Positions 1-7,307 of a stretch of DNA of 13,066 nt are shown piece after piece. The notes under the pieces were generated by a model, which saw only the letters and a program-made list of their open reading frames with translations, did not search any database and had not been told where the DNA came from. The first letter of the stretch is position 1. The number at the start of each line of letters is the position of its first letter. The position numbers and the translations under genes were made by a program. Origin of the DNA: Candidatus Heimdallarchaeota archaeon (GTDB taxonomy: Archaea > Asgardarchaeota > Heimdallarchaeia > Heimdallarchaeales > Heimdallarchaeaceae); NCBI GenBank assembly GCA_016839945.1, contig JAEOTE010000048.1, positions 1 to 13,066 of the forward strand, read 5' to 3'.

Positions 1-94
1 GTATCATCCAACTTTAAATAATGAATTATATAATATTGTGTAATTTAACAAGTGAAGAAGATCAATGAACGTTATACACTGCATGTGAATAAGA

Positions 95-1042
95 ATGAAA
101 TTCATTCCAAAGCATTATTTATTATCCGATCCCTCTTTTTGGGATCCTATTTTCATAGAGTGGAATTATACTGATACGATTCTTCTAACAGCTTATGATT
201 TATTAAGAAATGATGCTTTGATCTATTTCCTTCACTCAAACTCTATGACATTGAAGGAACTAATGAGAGAAAATGGTTTTCCAAAACAAACTAAGATTTT
301 TGCAGACTCTGGAATCTTTATGCTTGAATGGTTTAAGTTAACGAAAAGTAAAACTTTCAAACAGGATTTTTCAAATGTCAATCTTCCAATTGAAGAGATA
401 ATAGAAGGGTACAAATTAATAGATCCCGATTATTTAGTTGCTCCTGATGAGATAATATTGCCAAATGAGAAAGAAGAAGTTGTAAAGGAAAAAACAGAGA
501 AGATAAAAGAAGGAATATTAAAAACTCTAGATGAATTTCCAAAACTGAAAATTGTTGGTGTGATTCAAGGAACAAAAAAAGAAACGATGGATGAGATTTA
601 CGATTTTGAAAAGTCAAATGGCATAACAATATTTGCAAGAGGAGGATTAATCCCAATTAAAAGAAAAAACAATTTGTATTGCAACGTTCTAACTTATTCT
701 AGACAACTTACCACAAAGAATACATTGCATGCTTTTGGAATTGTGGGTTTGGATCAAATAAAGTGCTATGGTAGATGTGCACAAATAGACTCCTTTGATA
801 GTACAATTGTGAGAGCTTTAACTGCAGAATTATATTGGATTGATTCAAAATTAATGAAACGCAGATTTAACGATCAAATAATAAATGAATGTAATTGTGA
901 TTATTGTGAAGAATTAACAGAATTGAAATTAGATAGATATGAATACGCTTCAAGAAAAATAATGATAAATCTATATTTACACAATATCAAAAACATTTGG
1001 AAATATTGTGATAATTTAAAAAAATTTGATGTAATATGTTAA
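95..1042 (+). CDS. tRNA-guanine transglycosylase (TGT/DpdA) superfamily protein, short form without archaeal C-terminal PUA region
   Basis: 315 aa; TGT-fold motifs in order: FADSG (catalytic Asp), APD, GVIQG, LHAFG, DSFDST (second catalytic Asp), Zn site CNCDYC...LHN. Confidence 0.8.
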   Translation: MKFIPKHYLLSDPSFWDPIFIEWNYTDTILLTAYDLLRNDALIYFLHSNSMTLKELMRENGFPKQTKIFADSGIFMLEWFKLTKSKTFKQDFSNVNLPIEEIIEGYKLIDPDYLVAPDEIILPNEKEEVVKEKTEKIKEGILKTLDEFPKLKIVGVIQGTKKETMDEIYDFEKSNGITIFARGGLIPIKRKNNLYCNVLTYSRQLTTKNTLHAFGIVGLDQIKCYGRCAQIDSFDSTIVRALTAELYWIDSKLMKRRFNDQIINECNCDYCEELTELKLDRYEYASRKIMINLYLHNIKNIWKYCDNLKKFDVIC

Positions 1043-1136
1043 GTTACTGATTTTTTTTGTAAATAAAAATTGTTCTTTTGGATACAAATATAATACTATA
1101 ATAATACAATTATAATACTTGTGATTTTCAAAAATT

Positions 1137-2732
1137 CTAAAGTAATGACTGAAGAACTTCCTTTCTTTGAGTATTCAAGTAATTTAGTAGAATATTCTCC
1201 ATTTTACTGAATCCATATTGTCTGCATTTTTTTATAGCCATATACTGAAGTGCTGGTCCAAGAGGATCACCAATCTTATATGCCCCTACTTGGATGAAAG
1301 CTTCCATGAAAATACGTAATTCTAAAACTTCGATTCTGTCAAGTTGATTTTTGTATTTTACTAAAAGAGGATAAATGTCTTTGTATCTTTTCAAAGAAAA
1401 TAATTGTTGTGCAATAAGTAAATCCGCAAAAACATCCTCAGTGAAAGTTGTCTCAGTGGTTTTTTCTCTATTTTTTAATACTTCAATTATGTCTAATTCT
1501 CGCTGTTCATTGAAATATTCCTTTGTCCTTTTAAGAAGCTCAATAGAGATTATGTGTTTAATACGATTAATACTAAAGTTGTCAGTAGTCATGAGTTCTT
1601 TAAGTTTTGAAGATGATAAATTTGAATTAAGTATGTACTCATTCAAGAGCATAAAATTACTATAAAGCGTTTTACTTCCTATTAATATCTCTTCAATTAA
1701 ATCTTTCATCTCTTCCGAATCATAGTCTATTAAACGGGAATGAACATAGAACTTGTTTAAATTAAGAGTATGGTAAATTTGTTTTTTAGTGCTTGAATTA
1801 AGATTTTTCTTGAAAAATTCCTGTTTAAGTATATCCTCAACTTTTTTTAATATCTCACAAGCTTGATCGATTTTTCCTTGTAAAGCCTTAACTGTAACCA
1901 TATGAGAATGAAGAATTATGAAATTGCTGAAATAGATACTCTCTTTGTATATTGGTTTAAGAATTTTATAGGATTTTTGAAAATAGGATTCAGCAAAGTT
2001 AAGCTTTAAATTTAACATAAATCCCAAACCAACAAAATAATATGAAATTGCTTTTACATCAGAAGGTAATCTTTCGAAAATAATTTTATTTGCAATAATG
2101 CTCTTACTTTTACCCAAAATTTTTTGACTGTTTTGCAATCTTGTATATATTATACCTAATACAGCGATAGTTTGTGAAAAACTTCTATAAAATCCTCCCT
2201 TAAAGAAATAGTCTAGACATTCTTCCAAAATTAATGAACATTCTGAATTATGATTACTTAGCCACTCCTCAATTGCATATGAATATTTTACAAAATGAAG
2301 CGTATATAAATCATCTACAAGATCTTCATTAACTAATCTTATTGCATCATTGATTGCCAACAAGCTTTTTTTCTTATTACCGTTTAATTTTTCAATATGC
2401 CAAGTCAATTGCTTAACTAGCGCATTGCAACTATCATCTCTGAGTTCTTTAGCTAGAATATTCATTTCAGAAAGTAGTTCACAAACATGTTTCAAATTAT
2501 CATTGAGATGATAGATTTGCCTGATTTGTAAATCATAAAGATATAAGGTTAATTTGGTATCGTCAAAGCATTTACTGATTTTTAGTGCTTTTTTTATTAA
2601 ACACAATACTTCACTAGATTTATTATTTACAGCAATTGGACGAAGTATGTGGATAACTTCTATTAAATCGTCCTTTGTGGTAATTCCTTCTATTAGTCCA
2701 TTTACAAGTTCTTTCCTCATCACAGAGCACAC
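1137..2732 (-). CDS. TPR-like all-helical protein (531 aa), copy 1; paralog of 7308..8906
   Basis: Long ORF, amphipathic helical repeats with TPR-like A/G/Y pattern; colinear with 7308..8906 (manual estimate ~30% identity in N-terminal ~130 aa, ~75% in a central/C-terminal segment); GTG start in both copies. TPR call is by pattern only. Confidence 0.8.
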   Translation of the reverse strand: MCSVMRKELVNGLIEGITTKDDLIEVIHILRPIAVNNKSSEVLCLIKKALKISKCFDDTKLTLYLYDLQIRQIYHLNDNLKHVCELLSEMNILAKELRDDSCNALVKQLTWHIEKLNGNKKKSLLAINDAIRLVNEDLVDDLYTLHFVKYSYAIEEWLSNHNSECSLILEECLDYFFKGGFYRSFSQTIAVLGIIYTRLQNSQKILGKSKSIIANKIIFERLPSDVKAISYYFVGLGFMLNLKLNFAESYFQKSYKILKPIYKESIYFSNFIILHSHMVTVKALQGKIDQACEILKKVEDILKQEFFKKNLNSSTKKQIYHTLNLNKFYVHSRLIDYDSEEMKDLIEEILIGSKTLYSNFMLLNEYILNSNLSSSKLKELMTTDNFSINRIKHIISIELLKRTKEYFNEQRELDIIEVLKNREKTTETTFTEDVFADLLIAQQLFSLKRYKDIYPLLVKYKNQLDRIEVLELRIFMEAFIQVGAYKIGDPLGPALQYMAIKKCRQYGFSKMENILLNYLNTQRKEVLQSLL

Positions 2733-2817
2733 TCATTATACTTATTTTCTTATGTTCAAAATGATTTATAAAGGAGGGAAATACTAAATTTATTCTTAAG
2801 ATGGATTTAATTTTTAT

Positions 2818-2848
2818 AAAAAAAAGAGAAGGATAAATCAATTTATCC
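2818..2848 (-). terminator. Hairpin plus U-tract overlapping the stop codon of small peptide 1
   Basis: Minus strand reads GGATAAA-TTGA-TTTATCC then TTCTCTTTTTTTT; equivalent structure at the same position in copy 2. Confidence 0.6.
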
Positions 2849-2911
2849 AGGAGACCAAAAAGGTGGTGTTATATCTTCATCTCCATCTTCAGGATCGTGT
2901 TTGTATTTCAT
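2843..2911 (-). CDS. Small acidic peptide, 22 aa: MKYKHDPEDGDEDITPPFWSPG
   Basis: ATG at 2911, TAA at 2843-2845, SD GAGTGAT (2917-2923) 5 nt upstream; 17/21 aa identical to 7137..7202 with four synonymous third-position changes. Confidence 0.85.
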   Translation of the reverse strand: MKYKHDPEDGDEDITPPFWSPG

Positions 2912-2954
2912 TTCGTATCACTCTTGATTTGTTTATATTATCGTTCAAGAATAA

Positions 2955-2984
2955 TACTTAAACCTCAAAAGAAAAAAAATGTCA
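2955..2984 (-). promoter_or_regulatory. Conserved promoter block of peptide/TPR cassette 1 (TATA-like TTTAAGTA)
   Basis: Reverse complement is identical over 30/30 nt to 7064..7093 (TGACATTTTTTTTCTTTTGAGGTTTAAGTA), 43 nt upstream of the peptide ATG in both copies. Confidence 0.7.
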
Positions 2985-3185
2985 ATTCGAAGCAAAAAAA
3001 AAGATTTTGCGAGCTAAACTTTCTGTAGTTTCAGTTTTACGTTTAGCTACATAACTAGTTTCCAATCTAAGAATAAATGTAATTTCTGTATGACGGAATG
3101 AGGAAAAGAAGAAATTCATTCAACAATAATTACTGGAAAACACTTCCACAAAATTAAAGAATAAAGAAAATAAAAAGGTAAGTAC

Positions 3186-3998
3186 ATGAGAAGAATGTTA
3201 AGATCAAAGCGTGGAGTTACTAGCATTATAGCAACAATTGTAATTTTCACTGTTATGGTAGGAGCTTTAGGTTTAGCTTTATCTCAAATCATTCCATCGA
3301 TGGAAAGATTCCAAACAGAAAGTGACTTAACAGCTGCAACAAATGCCTTTCTTTCATTTGATTCTGAAATTAAAAATCTCATGAACACCCCTGAAAACTC
3401 ATCAAGTGTTATAAGGTATAATATAAACAATGGAATTCTAGATTTGTTACAAGATCGCGAACTGTTTCTAGTTGTTAAATCAGGTGGAGAAGAATTGCTA
3501 AATTATACTTGCTACACAGGTGAAGTAGTTTATAGACTAGAAGGAAACTTCAAAGGTTTAGGTGGTGCTATATATGATTTTGGAAGTCCAGTATTGTTAG
3601 TATATTCAATTAATAGAACAACACAGATGACAAATATTGTACATCAAACTTTTGATAATTATAAATTACTCAAATTATATTATAGTGTTTTCTTAAACAT
3701 TGAACAGGTTAGTGACAGCGAAATTGAAATTAATTTTATAATAATCCATCTAAATACAACAAAGACAGTCGAAGGGCAAGGAGAGTATTTCCCAATTATT
3801 AATACTCAAACTAAAATCCAAATAACTAAGCAAAGTCAACTACTAGAAATTTATCACCCAGGAAATAGAAGTGATGACTTGAGTATTGAAGCAAGAACAA
3901 CAGGTTTCTCACAAGTAATTGAATATCCAATAGCTCCTGCAACATTTGATTTGACTATAAATCTAATTCACATTAACATAGACTTTCGTACAGTCTAG
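3186..3998 (+). CDS. Archaeal type IV pilin-like protein (class III signal peptide)
   Basis: N-terminus MRRMLRSKRG|VTSIIATIVIFTVMVGALGLAL: basic stretch, KRG cleavage motif, hydrophobic helix, then beta-rich domain. Confidence 0.75.
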   Translation: MRRMLRSKRGVTSIIATIVIFTVMVGALGLALSQIIPSMERFQTESDLTAATNAFLSFDSEIKNLMNTPENSSSVIRYNINNGILDLLQDRELFLVVKSGGEELLNYTCYTGEVVYRLEGNFKGLGGAIYDFGSPVLLVYSINRTTQMTNIVHQTFDNYKLLKLYYSVFLNIEQVSDSEIEINFIIIHLNTTKTVEGQGEYFPIINTQTKIQITKQSQLLEIYHPGNRSDDLSIEARTTGFSQVIEYPIAPATFDLTINLIHINIDFRTV

Positions 3999-4059
3999 CC
4001 AATTATTATCTTTTATTCCAAAAGGTAGAACTTATTAGCAACAATACTTTATTTTGTAT

Positions 4060-4132
4060 GGCGAAGTTTTCTCGTGTGGGATTTGACTTAAGCTTTCAGC
4101 CTTGAATGACAATCTCATTTCGAAACTTCGCC
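4060..4132 (+). ncRNA. Candidate structured small RNA or cis-element (73-nt long hairpin)
   Basis: Perfect 10-bp closing stem GGCGAAGTTT/AAACTTCGCC, inner stem TGGGATT/AATCTCA (one G-U), opposed TGAC/TGAC, apical GCT-TTC-AGC; followed by TTTATTTTTTT. Confidence 0.5.
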
Positions 4133-4229
4133 TTTATTTTTTTAGGAGAATGACTTTCCCAAAGTTTGTACTAATATCAAAAAGAAATACTCATAAACGT
4201 TTGATTGGTTTTTGTTCTGGTAATAATCT

Positions 4230-5093
4230 ATGGATAAGATAATTGAATTCAACGGAGTAACAAAGAAATTTCAATTGTTCTGGGAAGACGTTTTAATATT
4301 AGAAAAAGTAGATTTAGAGATAAACAGAGACGAATTAGTATTATTATATGGCCCAAGTGGAAGCGGTAAAACAACTCTGTTGAATTTATTAGTCGGATTG
4401 CTTGATCCTGATGAAGGAGAAATTCAAGTTGCAGGATTATATATCGATCTTATAGATGATAAAGAAAAATCAGACTTTAGATCAAATTATCTAGGTATTG
4501 TTTTTCAAGAAAATAATCTCATTTCAACATTAACAGTTACAGAAAATATTGTATTATTTCAGGAATTATGTGGAATCAAAGTTGAAGATAATGGAACAAA
4601 AATTGAAGATCTTCTAAAGAAACTTAAAATTGATCATAGAAAAGATAGTTTTCCTGCTCAGTTGAGCGGAGGGGAGAAAAAAAGAGTTGCTATTGCTAGA
4701 GCACTATCGAACGATCCATACATTTTGATTCTAGATGAACCTACAGGGAATCTAGATAGAGAATCAGCAGATCAACTGTGTGAATTAGTTAAAGATTTGT
4801 TTCTTACAACCGATATGACTATACTAGTTGCATCTCATGATCAAAAAATGATGGACATAGCTACAACCATCTATAGAGTAGGATCAAAGAAGGTTGTTCT
4901 TGAAGAAAAGAAACCTGAAAGAAGAAAGAAGAAAAAATCAGTAAAATATCGATCTATTGACTCCATAGAAAGAATGAAAGAAGAAATTGAAATGTCGAAA
5001 AAAGATCTTATCTACACTGAAGAAGAAATAATGAGTATGTCAGAAGAGGAATTAGCACTTCTTGAAACAGAATTAGAAAGTAAAGATGAGTAA
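4230..5093 (+). CDS. ABC transporter ATP-binding protein, LolD/MacB/FtsE-like
   Basis: Walker A GPSGSGKT, Q-loop VFQ, signature LSGGE, Walker B ILILDEPT, H-loop SHD; extra charged C-terminal tail. Confidence 0.95.
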   Translation: MDKIIEFNGVTKKFQLFWEDVLILEKVDLEINRDELVLLYGPSGSGKTTLLNLLVGLLDPDEGEIQVAGLYIDLIDDKEKSDFRSNYLGIVFQENNLISTLTVTENIVLFQELCGIKVEDNGTKIEDLLKKLKIDHRKDSFPAQLSGGEKKRVAIARALSNDPYILILDEPTGNLDRESADQLCELVKDLFLTTDMTILVASHDQKMMDIATTIYRVGSKKVVLEEKKPERRKKKKSVKYRSIDSIERMKEEIEMSKKDLIYTEEEIMSMSEEELALLETELESKDE

Positions 5094-5119
5094 ACAACAT
5101 AAACGTGGAACTGGTTTAA

Positions 5120-6928
5120 ATGATTGGTCAACTTAAATTCGCTTGGATTGATTTTAAAAGATCCTTCCTGGCTTCAGCTTTTACTTTAATTAGCCAGATA
5201 ATAACATATTCAGCAATCACAATAAGTATAGGAATTTACTCTATATCCAAACCGTTTCTAAGTTGGACTGTTAATTACACATTTTTCAAATCTTATATGA
5301 TAATTGCTGCAGTATTTATTGCTGTTTGTATAATAATAGGTGGTGTTGTTACTTCTAGATCAATAGAACTTAAATTTCAAAATCAGAAAGAAGATATAGG
5401 AATAATGAAGAATGTTGGGGGGAAGAGTAGATGGATATATAGTTACTTTATTTTTAATCAAATGCTAACAGCAGTGATTGTACTATTTCTAGGAATGATT
5501 TTAGGGGTAGTTTTTCTACTCATTATTCTAGGTTCGTTTAACTATATTTCTCTTTTCAGATATATTCTATTTATGCCGATATTAGGAGCAAATCTAATAA
5601 TTTTAGTTATTTCGTATCTAAAAGCTCACTACACAATTATTAGATTTGTAAGTGAAAAAGACTTTGAAGAAACTACTAGTAAATTGAGTAAATATAAGAG
5701 TATATTCGAATTGAATTCAATAGTTAGAAAAGCTGGCACTTCAGTAAAAATGGGTTTGAAGAATTTCTTAAGATCAGGAAAAATTTTATCTAGTCTCTTG
5801 TTTAGCTTTTTCTTGGTTTTTTCCTCGATTTCTTTTGTTCTAGGGCCACTTACGATTGCAGAAACTTATACATATCAGATAGAAAATGGTTCACAAATAT
5901 ACTCTTATGCAGTAGGAGAAACATTAATGGTTGACTTCTACAATCAAAGTCTATCACTAAATAAATATGAAAATTCTTCGTTTGTAGAAGAACAAAACGA
6001 AATTAGTTATTTTTCAAATACTTCTTTATCTTCTAGTTACATAAATGACTTGCGTGATATGGAGATAGACTTCCAAGAAATATTTCTGTGTAAACTCAAA
6101 GTAGAAGAAATTCCGTATATAGATGTTAGTTCATATGGGTATAACTTAATTGGAGAAAATCGTACTTTTTATGCTACGATTGTAGGTTATAGTGAAGATT
6201 TCTTACCTGAAGAGTTGTTTGTATGGGGAGAACACCCAAAAGCAGGTAGAAATGAAGTTTTGATAGGAGATACTTTGGATCATGAAATATTTGATAACAG
6301 TTCAGTAGAAAGAATGAGACTAAGGGAGGAATCAACTAAATTTAGTATAAGTGGAGTGATAAAGGACGAACTAGCAGCAGGTCTTACAGTATATATACCT
6401 TTAAACAAATTAATTCAAGATGGAATAACTTCTGATCCAAATCTTATAATGTTTGAAGATATCAACTCAACAATCTATGATGAAATAAGAAATACTTCTA
6501 GCAGTTATGGTTATGATATTGGAAACGTTTCAGAAATAATTAATAGTAAAAGAATAGAATATGCGGAATTCTCATACATGTACAGCTCTTTAGGGGGGGG
6601 TTTATTCATAATCTTCTCATTTCAAATAGTAGTTTTTTGTTTTCTATACTTCCTTAATTATAGAAAAGATTACGAATTGTTGTTTAAACTAGGAATTGCA
6701 AAAAGAAAAATCTATAGAATAAACATAACTGCCACACTTCTACATATAATTCCTGGTATGTTAACAGGGATATACTTGGGTTCAATTCTAGCAAGATATT
6801 TCCTTGTACCAGCAGCTCGACTGTCTTGGTTTAGTCTTATAATTGGAGTAGGGATATTATTCTATATTCTTTTAACACTGATAGGATCAAGAATAGGTGG
6901 GAGAAGAGGATTAAAAAGTATAATTTAG
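5120..6928 (+). CDS. ABC transporter permease, FtsX/MacB-like
   Basis: Multiple TM segments, FtsX-type motifs EDIGIMKNVGG and DYELLFKLG, large extracytoplasmic loop; 26 nt after the ATPase. Confidence 0.88.
   Translation: MIGQLKFAWIDFKRSFLASAFTLISQIITYSAITISIGIYSISKPFLSWTVNYTFFKSYMIIAAVFIAVCIIIGGVVTSRSIELKFQNQKEDIGIMKNVGGKSRWIYSYFIFNQMLTAVIVLFLGMILGVVFLLIILGSFNYISLFRYILFMPILGANLIILVISYLKAHYTIIRFVSEKDFEETTSKLSKYKSIFELNSIVRKAGTSVKMGLKNFLRSGKILSSLLFSFFLVFSSISFVLGPLTIAETYTYQIENGSQIYSYAVGETLMVDFYNQSLSLNKYENSSFVEEQNEISYFSNTSLSSSYINDLRDMEIDFQEIFLCKLKVEEIPYIDVSSYGYNLIGENRTFYATIVGYSEDFLPEELFVWGEHPKAGRNEVLIGDTLDHEIFDNSSVERMRLREESTKFSISGVIKDELAAGLTVYIPLNKLIQDGITSDPNLIMFEDINSTIYDEIRNTSSSYGYDIGNVSEIINSKRIEYAEFSYMYSSLGGGLFIIFSFQIVVFCFLYFLNYRKDYELLFKLGIAKRKIYRINITATLLHIIPGMLTGIYLGSILARYFLVPAARLSWFSLIIGVGILFYILLTLIGSRIGGRRGLKSII
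6857..6928 (+). repeat. Direct repeat copy A (last 24 codons of permease)
   Basis: 60/72 nt identical to 8926..8997, with a perfect 26-nt core TAGGATCAAGAATAGGTGGGAGAAGA (6882-6907). Confidence 0.9.
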
Positions 6929-7063
6929 TAATTTTGAGTGAATAAAGCCTAATAATTTAAATATTTTTTTTCTCCATAGCATTAAGATTTGAATCTAATT
7001 TCAGGAATATAAATCATTACTCCAAACGGTCTAGTTTTCATTATTTGCTGTTTTCTTATAAAA

Positions 7064-7093
7064 TGACATTTTTTTTCTTTTGAGGTTTAAGTA
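7064..7093 (+). promoter_or_regulatory. Conserved promoter block of peptide/TPR cassette 2 (TATA-like TTTAAGTA at 7086-7093)
   Basis: 30/30 identity with the reverse complement of 2955..2984. Confidence 0.7.
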
Positions 7094-7136
7094 AGCTTAT
7101 TCCATAATACTATAAACAATTCAAGAGTGATGAAAG

Positions 7137-7202
7137 ATGAGATACAAAAACGATCCTGAAGACGGAGATGAAGATTTAACACCTCCATTCTGGCAACCTT
7201 AG
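7137..7202 (+). CDS. Small acidic peptide, 21 aa: MRYKNDPEDGDEDLTPPFWQP
   Basis: ATG 7137, TAG 7200-7202, SD GAGTGAT (7125-7131) 5 nt upstream; homologous to 2843..2911. Confidence 0.85.
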   Translation: MRYKNDPEDGDEDLTPPFWQP

Positions 7203-7221
7203 TTGCCTTTGATTCTTTTTT
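7192..7221 (+). terminator. Hairpin plus U-tract overlapping the stop codon of small peptide 2
   Basis: GGCAAC-CTTA-GTTGCC followed by TTTGATTCTTTTTT. Confidence 0.6.
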
Positions 7222-7307
7222 AGATTAAAATAAATAATATAGGAAAATGTAAAAAATATGCAATTTTTGTAAATGACTTTTAATATATATACTTTGAAAA
7301 TATATCG

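Noticed and set aside
232-656. Minus-strand ORFs 232..414 and 378..656
   Set aside because: Antisense shadows of the TGT-fold gene with no independent support
707-715. CTTACCACA inside the TGT-fold gene, resembling the 10533-10674 motif
   Set aside because: Single partial match in coding sequence, compatible with chance
1043-1136. TATAATAC-like short repeats, and a search for a direct-repeat scar around cassette 1
   Set aside because: Low-complexity AT-rich sequence; no convincing duplication between this flank and 2985-3185 by eye
1375-2841. ORFs 1375..1665, 2554..2787 and 2623..2841
   Set aside because: Overlap the 531-aa gene antisense or out of frame and have no counterpart in the paralogous cassette
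3012-3048. Inverted repeat AGCTAAAC-N21-GTTTAGCT
   Set aside because: Single 8-bp pair, absent from cassette 2; possibly an operator but unsupported
4060-4132. tRNA or SECIS interpretation of the 73-nt hairpin
   Set aside because: No D, anticodon or T stems (TTCGAAA abuts the closing strand); upper stem too short and no apical A-run for SECIS, and the upstream gene has no in-frame UGA
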